Both the position numbers and the translations under genes were made by a program. From the IMG/VR virus record IMGVR_UViG_3300044556_000087, positions 1 to 49,949 of that record: DNA of 49,949 nt; one strand, 5' to 3'. The notes beneath the pieces were generated by a model. That model did no database searches. It worked only from the letters and a program-made list of their open reading frames with translations, and was not told the DNA's origin. The first letter of the stretch is position 1; each line of letters opens with the position of its first letter. Shown piece by piece: positions 9,463 through 20,700 of the stretch. Source of the stretch: a virus.

Positions 9463-9978
9463 ATGGAACACACGATTCCACTGCAAACGATTTCTGCAGC
9501 ATGGATGAACGCGCTAAAGGCCAGTACCCGGATACAGGAGTATTGCAAGAGTCATTACGGCCGTGGTCCTGTGCTGATAAACGGCGGAAACCCCCGGGAA
9601 GCACCGGACGGGGATTACTGCCCATATATCGTCGTGATGAACGGGTCGAAGATAGAAGGCGACGACCAGAGCGTATTGTCTTATACGATTGGCGTTGGCT
9701 GGGTCGTAAAGAACAATACTATCCAGGTGGACGGGGAGACGAAAACAAACGCATACTACCCGGGCGCCCATGAAATCATCTTGAATGGCGCCGTTGAATG
9801 TGATGAACTGGGGCAAATTATATATGAAGAGCTTCAGGAATTTGCGGCCGGTCGTGACTGGCCTATTTCCCGTATTGATTACGACGTGACACCATCCGCT
9901 ACGTATCCACAGTTTACAGGTACAATGATCTGTATAACGGAAATCACCCCGTCTATGGGGGAAGAATTGACTTATTAG
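9463..9978 (+). CDS. Tail terminator-like protein (lambda U position)
   Basis: RBS gggaggtaaatcaat precedes the ATG. 171 aa, directly upstream of the major tail gene. Synteny only. Confidence 0.4.
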   Translation: MEHTIPLQTISAAWMNALKASTRIQEYCKSHYGRGPVLINGGNPREAPDGDYCPYIVVMNGSKIEGDDQSVLSYTIGVGWVVKNNTIQVDGETKTNAYYPGAHEIILNGAVECDELGQIIYEELQEFAAGRDWPISRIDYDVTPSATYPQFTGTMICITEITPSMGEELTY

Positions 9979-9991
9979 GAGGAGATAACAC

Positions 9992-10948
9992 ATGGCTAAG
10001 CAAGCAAAAGGCATGAAGTCGATTACGAATCTGACCTTTGAAAAAACATATGGCCAGATGCCGTCTGACGGCACCTGGTATCAGCAGCCAATCAATAAAA
10101 ATGCATTGACAGGCAAGCAAAGCCTGATTCAGTCCAATACGATTACCGGCCGCCGCGATATGACAGAACCGGGAATCGGACAGATGGACGCATCCGGGCA
10201 GTTAGAGCTTCCGCTGGATGTCCGGAATATCGGCAATATTTTAAAGGGCCTGTTCGGGGCACCGACTACGACGGCAGGCACGAAGGAAGGCACGTATAAG
10301 CACGTCTTTAAGGTGACTGATGAAATCCCATCGCTGACGATTGAAAAGGGATTCCCTGATATCGGCTTATTCTTCACGTACACCGGTACGAAATTCAATA
10401 AATTTTCACTGACTGCCCAGGTCGGCAACAATGAAACAACGTATACAGTGGATACCATGGCCAGTAATGAAACAGAAGCGAAAAAGACGGCCGCTACGGC
10501 TCCTACGGCGCTGAAACTGACCCGTTTCAACAATGTGAACGCCTCTGTAAAAGAAGGTGGTACCGCACTGGCTACCTGCCGGAAGATGCAATTAGACATC
10601 AATAACAATCTGGATGGCGACACGTACTGCCTGAACGGCTCCAGTATCCGCCCGTCCATCAATGAAGGGATGTCTGAAATTACGGGCAACATTGAAACGT
10701 TGTTTGAGGATGACGCCCAGTTGCAGAAAGCGATGAACAGTACAGAAACGTCCCTGGAACTGGCATTTACCCGGGATAATTTCAGCCTTACGTTTTCTAT
10801 CCCGGAAGTCATCTTAGAACGGGCTACACCGGGCATCAGCGGGCCAAAAGGGATAACCCAGACGCTGAATTTCCGCGGGTATTACGCAGATGATACAGGA
10901 AACAGCATTATTACAGTGACACTGATCAATGACGTTGCAACGTACTAA
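9992..10948 (+). CDS. Major tail (tube) protein
   Basis: 318 aa. RBS aggaggagataacac. Located immediately before the G/G-T chaperone pair and the tape measure. Confidence 0.65.
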   Translation: MAKQAKGMKSITNLTFEKTYGQMPSDGTWYQQPINKNALTGKQSLIQSNTITGRRDMTEPGIGQMDASGQLELPLDVRNIGNILKGLFGAPTTTAGTKEGTYKHVFKVTDEIPSLTIEKGFPDIGLFFTYTGTKFNKFSLTAQVGNNETTYTVDTMASNETEAKKTAATAPTALKLTRFNNVNASVKEGGTALATCRKMQLDINNNLDGDTYCLNGSSIRPSINEGMSEITGNIETLFEDDAQLQKAMNSTETSLELAFTRDNFSLTFSIPEVILERATPGISGPKGITQTLNFRGYYADDTGNSIITVTLINDVATY

Positions 10949-10961
10949 GGAGGAATAGACA

Positions 10962-11291
10962 ATGGCGAATGTGACAGATAAAGAGGCAAAAGAACGCAGT
11001 AAAGAAGTCCAGGACGCTATTAATGACCTGATTGCTGAAGGGAAGCTCCCGGAAATCAAATCCATGACCCGCGCGCAACGGCGCGAACTGGACGCTAAGA
11101 AGCTAAACTATTTTAAAGGGGTATCCTCCGGAGAAAGCGCTGTCCTGCAGCAGGAACGGTGCTCTGACTGGATTCTGGACAATGTATATCCGGACTTTGA
11201 CTTTGACAATCTGCCGAATAACATCTGCTATTACTTTGGTCAGATGGTTTTTGCGGCCACGTATTCGGATAAGTTAAGCGAAAAAAACTGA
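10962..11291 (+). CDS. Tail assembly chaperone (gpG-like)
   Basis: 109 aa acidic protein upstream of the tape measure. It ends 1 nt after a slippery A_AAA_AAC heptamer. Confidence 0.75.
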   Translation: MANVTDKEAKERSKEVQDAINDLIAEGKLPEIKSMTRAQRRELDAKKLNYFKGVSSGESAVLQQERCSDWILDNVYPDFDFDNLPNNICYYFGQMVFAATYSDKLSEKN

Positions 11292-11641
11292 TTGACGTCT
11301 GGGATTGGGCCGTTACTAAAGCGGAATATTGCCGGACGTGTAAAGACCTGGGGAAAGATGATGACTGCGATAGCTGTGATTACCGTATGCCAGAGCTTTC
11401 CCCTTTGAATATGGTAGCGTATACCTTATGGGCGCACTGCTATACGCAATGGCGGTATAGCAGTGTCGGCAGTATGGGCGGCGCCGCTCCTGTCCCGATG
11501 GGGCTGGATTATAACGCTGTCGCTGTGGCTGCTAAGATGTTAGATATTGAGCCATCACCGGGGGATTTCATCAAGATCCAATGCCTGGAACGGTATGAAC
11601 TGCAACGAATGAGGGAGATGATTAAAGATGGCGGGCACTGA
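10962..11641 (+). CDS. Tail assembly chaperone frameshift product (gpG-T-like), -1 shift at 11282-11288
   Basis: The -1 frame is open from 11282 through 11641 (track ORF 11387..11641 is its distal part) and ends overlapping the tape-measure start. There is no independent RBS or start for the distal frame. Confidence 0.65.
11282..11288 (+). promoter_or_regulatory. Programmed -1 ribosomal frameshift slippery heptamer A_AAA_AAC
   Basis: Zero-frame codons are gaa aaa aac tga. The heptamer is in X_XXY_YYZ register, with the stop directly after it. Confidence 0.7.
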
Positions 11642-14600
11642 TGTGCAGATACGGATTATTGGCAAGGACGACGCAACAGGCGCATTCCGTAACGTAGCAC
11701 GGGAAGCGGCTAACGCACAGCAGCAGTTCGAATCATTCGGAAACTCCATGCTTTCCGTTCATTCCGTACTGCAAAACACTATGGCGTATGCCACGGCTAT
11801 ATCCGGGCTGAACGGTATTACAGACGCCCTGCATAGCGCTGTTGGCTCTGCACTGGAGTTCTATACGACGATGCAGACCGGGTCTATATCTCTGGCCGGG
11901 TCGCTCATGTCCATGGGCCAGATCAACGGGCAGGCCATCCAGTGGAACGAAGCCCTGGGAATGTCGAAGACGCTGATGCGGGAGCTGTCTGATCAGGCGC
12001 TCGTTACGGGTGCCAGCACGAAAGAAATTTCCGAAGTCTTTCGTGCTATGCTGCCGAACGCGCTTAATGCCAAGATGACTATTGAGCAGACCATGAAACT
12101 GGCCAGTGCCTTTACGACGACTGGTAAAGCGATGGGCATCAGTGGTGATATCCTGGCACGAGACGTCCGTGATGTCATTAATGGCCGGAACGTCGAACGT
12201 ACGACTCTGGGTATGCAGTTAGGCCTTACTAACGAAGAAATCCAGCAGGCGAAACAGTCTGCAGATGGGCTGTTCAATTTCTTATCGGAACGTCTTCGTG
12301 GTGAAATGGAAGCCAACGGGCATTATCTGGAAACGTTCGAAGGCCGTTGGAACCATCTGAAGGAATCGATTTCCCGTGTCGGTGGTGAAGCGCTGAGCCC
12401 GGTTATCCAGCAGGCGACGGACGAAATCAGTACCCTGGCCAATAAGCTGGTCGCTGTCGACACGAACACCGGGAAGGTACTCGGCATCAACGGTGACGTC
12501 ATTGAGGGCATCCGGGATGGTGCGATTGTCGTCGAGCACTTTGCCAGCGGCATCGCCGAAGTCGGTCAGGACCTGTCTACGGTCTTCACCCCGGCGCTAA
12601 AGGCTGCTGCTGCTCTCATCGAAGTCGGCGCTCAGCATACGACGGCCCTGACGGAGGCCATGATAGCACTCTGGGTAGGCCGTAAGCTGAGCTACTATGT
12701 CACGGACTACCGGAATGCCATCACGGGCGCGGCGACTGCACAGACGGCACTGGGGCGGGCTGCAGAACAGGCCCGTATCCAGATTACAGCTGAAGCGGAA
12801 GCACAGCGTCAGGTCAATCTGGCTAAAGCGCAGAACAGTATGGCTGCCCTGTCTGGTGCCTCCATGATGGGCAAGCTGGATACGGCAGGGATAGCAAAAC
12901 AGATAGCCCTCGAGGCATCCCTTGGTAACCAGATGCAGCGGAACATAGAGCTCACCATACAGCGCGTAACGGCCGCCCAGACGGCCCGGACTGCTTTTGA
13001 AGGCGCTGCCGCAGCTATGAAGGCTGGCGAAATGGAACTGGCCACCAAGATACTGGAAACGACGGCTACTCTCGAAGCTCAGGGAACCGCAGCCGAGCTG
13101 ATGTCTGCCCGGGCCAGCGAAGCCATTGCCCTCGTTAAGGCAGGTCAGGCAGACCTGGCGGCACAGATAGTCGAAACGACGCTGGCTAACGAGCTGCAGG
13201 GTACGCAGAGTCTGGCATCCGCTGAACAGGGCGTAGCCGGTGCAGCAATGGCCGGTGAGGCACAGACTGCTCTGAAGGCGAAGACTGTTGAAACGAACGT
13301 TGCCACCATTGCCACCGGGACGGCTGCTGCAGCTAGCGGAGCTAAGATAGTCAGCATGGGTGCCGTGGCAGGTCAGGCTATTAAAAATCTGACATCCCTG
13401 ACATGGAATCTCATTGGCGGCTGGCTCGGTGTTGCGGTAGCTATCGGGACCGCGCTCTATAAACTCTATGAATACGCCAGCGCGGAACGTGACTGGGAAA
13501 GCAATCATAGCTATTGGTACAAAGGTGCGACCTGGGTCGTAGACCGTAACGGTGGTGTCAAACGACAGGACTCTGGTGCTCCGACCGTCCCAGACTGGAC
13601 CGGGGTCGGCGCTGACTGGGACCAGGAAAGCCCGGAAGACATCGAGGCAATCAAACAGCTCAATGCTCAGCATGAGGAAGAGCTCAAGCGTCAGCAGGAA
13701 GAGCAGGAAAAGAATGAAATGATTGCCAGCATGGAAAAGTCCAAGCGCATCATGGGCGAGATAGCCAATGAACGTCCGGACCTTATCAACCAGGTCACTG
13801 GCAAGTACGCCGGTGGTGAAGGTGAGGGCGAAGGCGGTTCCGGCTCAGGTGCTGGCAGCGCTGCAGCAGCTAATAAAGAAGCGGCTGCCGCCCAGCGAGA
13901 AGCAGCTAAAGCGGCTCGTGAACAGGCACAGGCAAATAAAGAGTATGCCAATGTCATCACGGAAAATGCGCGTCGAATTACTCAGGCTAATGAGAAGGTA
14001 ACCAGTATCATCGAAAATCTGAATGATAAGCTGTTAGATCTTAACGGCACTCAGCTGCAGATTGACCTGAATAAGATTACCCGTGAGGTAAACGGGGTCA
14101 ATAAGGAAATCGCCAAGTCCGTCGTCGAGCTGAAGAAGTTCGTTCCGGGCACGGCTACCACGGGTGGTAGTTCTGTCGGCGATGCCATTTATCAGTATGG
14201 CGCCAGCCGTGATGGTACGCCGTATCTGCTGGGTGGTGACGGGCTGTCTGCTACAGATTGTGGCAAGCTGTTTTCCGATGCCGTCTTTGACGCAACGGGC
14301 GAACGGCTGCCTCGTTATGCCCCGGATATCATCGCGGCTGTCGGTGATGCCTGGCATCCGGCTGGTGATGGATACGTACCGGCTAAAGGTGATGGCGTCG
14401 TAGTCCTTGGTGATGGCCATATCGTCATTTCTAATGGCGAGGGCGGGTACGTCGGGGCTAACTCCAGTACAGGTGTTATCGAAAAGCCATCTGTGACGGA
14501 AGATTTCGGCGAAGTGACAGGTTACATCTCCATGGCACAGCTTTTCCCACAGCAGGCAGGAAGCAGCAGTGTCGTGATGCCTACGGTATCGCAGAACTCC

Positions 14601-16322
14601 GTATCCATTCCGCAAACACCATCTATCCAGACTATCGAAGAAGTGTCTCAGGAAATGAATGCCAGCGATTTGCTCAAGATTTTGCTGGCTATTGCTACAT
14701 ATGAATCCGGTGACCAGAAAAACATCTCGACGATTGGTTCTAATACCTATAACCCGGCATCGGGTGCGTCGGGCATCTTCCAGATTCTGCCTGGGCAGGA
14801 TTATCTCGGTGATGATGGCCAGCGCCATGCCATTCCGGATGATTACGCTGATACGGACCGGCAGAACACGATAGCAGCTATCGACCTGCTGCGGGGCAAA
14901 ATCCGCGAAGCAAACGGGGACATCTGGGAAGGCGTCAAGCACTACGGCGAAAATACCGAAGAGTATGTCGCCGGAGTCCGCTCCATCTATGATTCTCTGG
15001 GCGGTGATGGCATCAACCTAGCGCCGATGGGGACGGAGCTGTATAAGTCTCCGTTTATGTCAGAAGCGTATCAGAAACTGTCCGAATACCAGAAGGAAGC
15101 CATCAAAAATGCCATGGATGAATGGCAGCAGCGCCGGTCCAAGTACGCCGATGAAGCTGAAATTACGGCTGATGAAATCGGCATGAACGGCGGTGATGGC
15201 CGTCTGTGGTCCATGCAGCGGGAGCTGCAGAAGACACTGCGGGAAATCGATGAAAAACGCAAAGATGTCTATAAGCAGGTCGTTGGCAAGGGCGCAGACG
15301 ACAAAGAGGGCGAAGCCATTGTAGACCGGTATCAGGAAGTCCAGAAGGAAAAGGCACGTCAGGAAGAGCTCGAAAAGGAACGCGAGCTCATGAAGACGGA
15401 ACACGAGGAACGGCAGACACACCTGACCAGCATGGCCTACCTGCAGAACGATTTTGCCTATAAGGTCAGCCAGTATCAGCAGCAGGAACTGCAGAACTTT
15501 ACCAAGTATCAACAGGAACAGCTGGAAACAGCCAAGCTCACGCAGGAGCAGCGTATCAAGCTGGAACAGGAACTGTATGAAAACATGCAGAAACTGCACT
15601 CCCTTGAAGCGAAGACTGACTGGGGCGCCGGCCTGCAGGAACTGGGACGCAGCATGCGATCCTATACACAGGACATCGGCTCTGCGCTCAATCAGGGCTG
15701 GAGCAGTCTGACGGATACGATGGAAGGCGCTTTCGATAACATGCTGACGGAAAATGAGTCCTTTAGTGAACGGATGCGCAACCTGTACATATCGGTGGCC
15801 AACACTATCCTGAACACGATGATGAAGATCATCATGCAGGGGCTCATCATGCATGCCATTATGCAGGCCTGCGGGATGGGCGCCAATATTGGCCTTTCAA
15901 GCGACATCACGAGCAGCGCTATCAGCACGATGACGGGTGGGCTATCGTTCGGCGGTGGTACCTCACTGCCATCCGGCTTTACCTATCACCATTCCGTTAC
16001 GGGTTTTGCTAGTGGTGGTATCGTTTCGCCTGGCTATTTTATCGCAGGCGAGGAAGGTCGGGAACTCGTTGAAATGAGTGGCAGCAACGGCTATGTGCAC
16101 AATGCACGGGAAACGGCTGAAATCCTGAACGGCTCCAATGATGTCAAATCCGGCATCGAGAATGTCGAAGTCCGCATTGTCAATCAGTCCGGGCAACAGG
16201 TCAAATCAACGCAGGCAACGGCTCAGATTGATGGAAGGAAGCTCATCGTCACGACGATGCTGGAAGCCGTGGCCACGGACTACATGGGGAGCCGTACAAT
16301 GCTGAAAGGAGCGCTGGGATAA
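11628..16322 (+). CDS. Tape measure protein with embedded NlpC/P60 and lytic transglycosylase domains
   Basis: 1564 aa. Long Ala/Gln-rich coiled coils, hydrophobic segments, and a position between G-T and M-like genes. Confidence 0.9.
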   Translation: MAGTDVQIRIIGKDDATGAFRNVAREAANAQQQFESFGNSMLSVHSVLQNTMAYATAISGLNGITDALHSAVGSALEFYTTMQTGSISLAGSLMSMGQINGQAIQWNEALGMSKTLMRELSDQALVTGASTKEISEVFRAMLPNALNAKMTIEQTMKLASAFTTTGKAMGISGDILARDVRDVINGRNVERTTLGMQLGLTNEEIQQAKQSADGLFNFLSERLRGEMEANGHYLETFEGRWNHLKESISRVGGEALSPVIQQATDEISTLANKLVAVDTNTGKVLGINGDVIEGIRDGAIVVEHFASGIAEVGQDLSTVFTPALKAAAALIEVGAQHTTALTEAMIALWVGRKLSYYVTDYRNAITGAATAQTALGRAAEQARIQITAEAEAQRQVNLAKAQNSMAALSGASMMGKLDTAGIAKQIALEASLGNQMQRNIELTIQRVTAAQTARTAFEGAAAAMKAGEMELATKILETTATLEAQGTAAELMSARASEAIALVKAGQADLAAQIVETTLANELQGTQSLASAEQGVAGAAMAGEAQTALKAKTVETNVATIATGTAAAASGAKIVSMGAVAGQAIKNLTSLTWNLIGGWLGVAVAIGTALYKLYEYASAERDWESNHSYWYKGATWVVDRNGGVKRQDSGAPTVPDWTGVGADWDQESPEDIEAIKQLNAQHEEELKRQQEEQEKNEMIASMEKSKRIMGEIANERPDLINQVTGKYAGGEGEGEGGSGSGAGSAAAANKEAAAAQREAAKAAREQAQANKEYANVITENARRITQANEKVTSIIENLNDKLLDLNGTQLQIDLNKITREVNGVNKEIAKSVVELKKFVPGTATTGGSSVGDAIYQYGASRDGTPYLLGGDGLSATDCGKLFSDAVFDATGERLPRYAPDIIAAVGDAWHPAGDGYVPAKGDGVVVLGDGHIVISNGEGGYVGANSSTGVIEKPSVTEDFGEVTGYISMAQLFPQQAGSSSVVMPTVSQNSVSIPQTPSIQTIEEVSQEMNASDLLKILLAIATYESGDQKNISTIGSNTYNPASGASGIFQILPGQDYLGDDGQRHAIPDDYADTDRQNTIAAIDLLRGKIREANGDIWEGVKHYGENTEEYVAGVRSIYDSLGGDGINLAPMGTELYKSPFMSEAYQKLSEYQKEAIKNAMDEWQQRRSKYADEAEITADEIGMNGGDGRLWSMQRELQKTLREIDEKRKDVYKQVVGKGADDKEGEAIVDRYQEVQKEKARQEELEKERELMKTEHEERQTHLTSMAYLQNDFAYKVSQYQQQELQNFTKYQQEQLETAKLTQEQRIKLEQELYENMQKLHSLEAKTDWGAGLQELGRSMRSYTQDIGSALNQGWSSLTDTMEGAFDNMLTENESFSERMRNLYISVANTILNTMMKIIMQGLIMHAIMQACGMGANIGLSSDITSSAISTMTGGLSFGGGTSLPSGFTYHHSVTGFASGGIVSPGYFIAGEEGRELVEMSGSNGYVHNARETAEILNGSNDVKSGIENVEVRIVNQSGQQVKSTQATAQIDGRKLIVTTMLEAVATDYMGSRTMLKGALG
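14178..14500 (+). other. NlpC/P60-like cysteine peptidase domain inside the tape measure
   Basis: GDAIYQYGASRDGTPYLLGGDGLSATDCGKLFSDAV...GDGVVVLGDGHIVISNGEG. Cys codon at 14259-14261 and His at 14418-14420, in the expected spacing. Confidence 0.6.
14660..15000 (+). other. Lytic transglycosylase (SLT-like) domain inside the tape measure
   Basis: LLKILLAIATYESGDQ (catalytic Glu-Ser context, gaa at 14702-14704), followed by ASGASGIFQILPGQDY. Confidence 0.6.
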
Positions 16323-16676
16323 ATGGTAGATACAACACCGACCTGGCCGAGTATTACAGCGCCGGCTTATGGGACGACGGAGGACGTGGAAGACACGTCC
16401 ATCCGCTCGACCTTTGAGGATGGCACGGTACAGGCCAGACGGAAATACACAAAGAGCCGGAAAACGTGGGTGCTCCGATGGGACAGCCTGCCCTATACGG
16501 AGTACGTCACGCTGATGGACTTTCTGCAGAATACGATTTATTTTTCGGCAAAGGCTTTTAATTGGACGTCACCGATTGACGGAAAGACGTACGTCTGCCG
16601 GTTTGTCGAAAAGGAGGCCTTTACATCGAAGGCCGTCAATAAGATGAGCGGCAGTATCACGATACGGGAAGATTAG
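16323..16676 (+). CDS. Minor tail protein (lambda gpM position)
   Basis: 117 aa, starts 1 nt after the tape-measure stop. Size and synteny match lambda M. Confidence 0.6.
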   Translation: MVDTTPTWPSITAPAYGTTEDVEDTSIRSTFEDGTVQARRKYTKSRKTWVLRWDSLPYTEYVTLMDFLQNTIYFSAKAFNWTSPIDGKTYVCRFVEKEAFTSKAVNKMSGSITIRED

Positions 16677-16686
16677 GAGGGATAGA

Positions 16687-17307
16687 ATGCTGTCATTATC
16701 GGCAATAGCCAAAGCAGAAAAGAATAAGCTTGATACGGATGGCGTGTTTGTCCTCCTGCTGGAGCTCAATATCCCGATGGACGATATAGATCCTATTAGA
16801 GTCTGTCACAACACAGAGGACATCCAATGGAACGGGCATACATGGCAAGCCTTTCCATTTGAGCTTGGAAAAATCTCGGAGGATAAAAGCGGGAGCATCC
16901 CGTCCTTTGAGATTCGTATCGATAACACTAGCCAGGCATTGACGTACTACGTCGAGGCTTCGAATGGTGCGAATAACGGCGAGGTCATTTTCTACATTGT
17001 AAACACGAAAGCGCTGGACAGCACCAGTGCTGAAGTTGAGGAGCATTACCGCATCACGAAGCTGACGGTTAATGAGCAGTGGGTGACGGCAACGGTCGGT
17101 ACGTCTTACAATCCGCACTCCCGAAGACCGGAAGGCAAATACGTTAAAAACAGCTGCCGGTATAAAGAATTTGCCGGCCCAGAATGCGGATATATCGGCA
17201 CAACGTACACGTCCTGCAATCGGACTTTATCGGACTGTCGGGCGCGGGGCTGCAGCTCACGGTTTGGCGGTTTTCCGGGTGTTGACCAGGGAGGTATCTA
17301 CGTATGA
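16687..17307 (+). CDS. Minor tail protein L-like (distal tail, Cys cluster)
   Basis: C-terminal CRYKEFAGPECGYIGTTYTSCNRTLSDCRARGCSSRFGGFPGV matches the conserved gpL Cys-rich/RFGGFPG motif. Synteny supports the call. Confidence 0.8.
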   Translation: MLSLSAIAKAEKNKLDTDGVFVLLLELNIPMDDIDPIRVCHNTEDIQWNGHTWQAFPFELGKISEDKSGSIPSFEIRIDNTSQALTYYVEASNGANNGEVIFYIVNTKALDSTSAEVEEHYRITKLTVNEQWVTATVGTSYNPHSRRPEGKYVKNSCRYKEFAGPECGYIGTTYTSCNRTLSDCRARGCSSRFGGFPGVDQGGIYV

Positions 17308-17714
17308 TTGATTATGAGGACCTCATCGGTATCCCGTTTGTTAATCATGGCAGAGACCGCCGGACTGGATTTGACTGCTACGGTCTGGTCATGGAGGTAT
17401 ATCGCCGATTCGGTATCGAGCTTCCGGAATTTACGGCAGACTGGGACGACGAGGATAAGATAAACAGTATCGTACAGCGGGAAGCGGGCTCATCCTCATG
17501 GCAAAGGGTAGAACAGCCGCTCCCGGTGCCATGCCTGGTCGCGCTCCGGATGGGGACACCGCCCGGCATTGTGAATCATACCGGGGTGTACCTTGGTAAT
17601 GGTAAATTTATCCATACACGGGCGAAAATCGGTGCCTGCATCAGCCGGATAGACTCTCCGGCATGGCGGGGAGTTATTGAAGGATTTTATGTATACAGGG
17701 GGCAGCAGACATGA
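17304..17714 (+). CDS. Tail tip NlpC/P60 peptidase (lambda gpK-like, lacking the MPN half)
   Basis: GFDCYGLVMEVYRRFGIELP ... NHTGVYLGNGKFIHT gives the Cys/His/His pattern of NlpC/P60. Overlaps neighbours by 4 nt on both sides. Confidence 0.8.
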   Translation: MIDYEDLIGIPFVNHGRDRRTGFDCYGLVMEVYRRFGIELPEFTADWDDEDKINSIVQREAGSSSWQRVEQPLPVPCLVALRMGTPPGIVNHTGVYLGNGKFIHTRAKIGACISRIDSPAWRGVIEGFYVYRGQQT

Positions 17715-20700
17715 TTACGGTTGTTTTCGTCAAAAACCCGTTCGAACCGCAGAAGAACCGGGAGGTCCATACGCTGCCCTATACCAAAGGCAAGAACGTT
17801 GATTACTATGTACAGCAGTGCACGAAAGAGCTCACGCTGCCGGACATGGTCATTTCCCGGAACAGCTATACCATAAACGGTGCCCAGCTGGTAAAGGATA
17901 ATGACTTTATCGTATTTGCTCCGGTCGTCGGTAAAGGTCATGGGAAGAACCCGCTGCTCATCATAGCAACGGTGGCCCTGTCCGTCGTGGCCATGGGTGT
18001 TGGTGGATGGGTGGCATCCGGTTTTACGTCATACGGGGCTGCGGGTTTAGCTGGCGCTTCAGGCTTTGCTGCTATTGGCGGGTATCTGGCCGCAGCGGCA
18101 GTCATGTTTGTCGGCGGTACGCTCATCCAGCGGGCTTTCGGAACTGCTAATGTGAGCGGGTATAAGAGTAGTTCGGAAAATCCGACCTACTCGTGGTCCG
18201 GTATCCAGACGACAACAGGGCAGGATAATCCGATTCCGATTACATACGGGACGGTCCGCAGCGGTGGCCAGACCATCGGCAAATACATCACGTCTGACTC
18301 GGATAAACAATATCTTAACTGGCTCGTTTCTGCCGGATACGGCCCGCTAAAGATTTACGATGTACAGCTTAATGATAATCCGATTGAAAACTATAAGGAC
18401 GTTAAGCTGGATACCCGGAGCGGGACGAATGATCAGGACATTATCCCGACATTTAACGATACTATCAGCACGAAGACATTAGGGTATGAGCTGCTGGACG
18501 ATGCCTGGCGTACGGACCTGGTAACCGGCACAGCGACTCAGGGGCTCATCATCTATGTAGAATGCTCGAACGGCTTGTATTATGCCAATGATAAAGGCGG
18601 GCTCGATGAGACATTTGTTGAAATCAAGGCCCAATATGCGCCGGAAGGCTCGTCTGACTGGAAAGATTTCCTGAGTCCGCATCATTATCTCGAGTCCAAG
18701 ACGAAATACCTCACACTCAATGACGATGCAGCCCCTATCGGCGAATACGATATCAAATTTAAGAAAAGCGGGGATAGCTGCACTATCACTGTTGGCCAAT
18801 ACAGCACGACCTATGTGACGAAACCGGAACGGACGATTGCTGTCGGTCCGTTTAACTGGGTCACGACGCATGAATTTAGCGCATGGGAAGCCATATTTCA
18901 GGGAAAAGCTTACGTTCGGGCGACGAAGGAATCAGCAGACAACGGCATGATTAAGGGCAATAAGTCATCTGCTATCCGTCGTCAGTATCGGGTGGATAAC
19001 CTGCCTGCAGGTCAGTATCAGGTCCGGATTAAAGTCACATCCCGGGGCTATCCTGTGACTTCGACACGTGCGGCAACACGTATCTGGTGGACCGGGGTTA
19101 GCGGCATCGTGTACGACGATTTTACCTACCCGAACATTGCCCTTATCGGCATCCGGGCCATGGCTACGGACCAGCTGTCCGGCTCTCCGACCCTGAAATT
19201 CATGAAACAGCGGTCTACGGTCTACGTCTGGAACCCGGCAACGAGCGCCTACGAAGAACACGATGCTACGAACCCAGCCTGGGCTGCTTATGATATGGTG
19301 CACCGGGCTAATAAAATAACGGATGCCCGAAACGGGAATACGGTCTATGTACACAGCGGAGCCGATGCCTCGCTGATGCTCTATAATCAATTTGCTGAAT
19401 GGGCGGCATATTGTGACCAGTTTAAACTTAAAATCAATATCGAAATCAACACGTCTGGAGAAATGCTGGACGTCGTGAACCGCTATATAGCTCCTGTCGG
19501 TCGTGGCATCGTCGAACTTTTTGGCACTAAATATGGCTGCTGTTGGGATGGCCCGAAAGAGGCGGTCCAGATGTTCGGCATGGGTAATATCATCACCGGG
19601 ACATTTTCTGAGACATTCCTGCAGACCTCGGACCGGGCGAATGCCGTCGAACTGACGTTTACCAACGCCCAGAAAGACTATGAACGGGATACGGTCAAGG
19701 TCTTCGGGCCTACGTTTGACACGGATGAATACGATACAACAAGCCAGCTCACCTATGACGGTATCACAGGCTATGAGCAGGCATACAGAGAGGCTAAATT
19801 CCAGCTGTACTGCAATGCCTACATGGTCCGTACGGTGTCGTTCCAGGCGGCGATTGACGCCATCGCCTGCACGGTCGGCGACGTCATCTACGTTGCTCAC
19901 GATGTGCCGATGTGGCAGACCAGCGGCAGGATAGCCGCCGTCGATGCGAATACCGTGACGGTCAATGCCGTGATGCGGTCCTATGACAGCTCGAAAACGT
20001 ATACCTTCGCGTATCGGTCCTCAGCGAATGATACCCGGTACGAAATCGGATGCTCCTCGATTACTGTCGGCGACTCGACGACAACAGTCGTCTTATCAAG
20101 TGTACCGGAATCGGCACCGGCTGTCGGGGATATCTTCGATATTGCAGAGGTGAGCAAAGGGACGAAAAAATTCGTAGTCCGCTCCATCAGCCGTACCGAG
20201 GACATGGTCCGGGAAATCGAGGCTATCGAATATAACGAGAACGTGTTTAACGAAAATTACACTATCCCGCCGATGAACTACAGCGACGCCGAGGACGATA
20301 ACGACGTCCGGAACGTCACGAATCTGACCGGACGTCAGATTAACTGGAAGGACAGCTCAGGCCAGCGGCATGCGCGACTGTATCTCTCCTGGTCTTACCC
20401 GGAACGGATGAGCTATCAGCGATTCACGATTTTCCTATCCAGCGACAATTCGTCCTACGTTACCGCTGGGTCATCCATCAACATGTATTTCGAGACTGAG
20501 GTCAACGTTGAGACGACATATCTCGTAAAGGTCGTCACGGTCAACCATCTGCGCAATTCGACCGGCACGACGATTAAAGTCGAGCCGGGCACCGATGAAC
20601 CGCCGGCAGACGTCAAGGCACTCAACGTCGAAAAGATGAGCTCCGGCCTGCGCCGGTACTGGTGGGAATTTACCTATCCAGACCCGGACGACATCGCAGG

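Noticed and set aside
9333-9773. 146-aa ORF overlapping the Z-position and U-position genes
   Set aside because: It is out of frame with both better-supported genes, has an Arg/Gly-rich translation and lacks an RBS.
12597-13673. Long minus-strand ORF (358 aa) inside the tape-measure gene. Similar antisense ORFs occur at 14034..14942, 15060..15854, 18965..19900, 38599..39216, 42217..43443 and 45719..46585
   Set aside because: They lie entirely antisense to well-supported genes, have low-complexity Arg/Cys/Pro-rich translations, and lack an RBS. These are typical shadow ORFs of GC-biased coding sequence.
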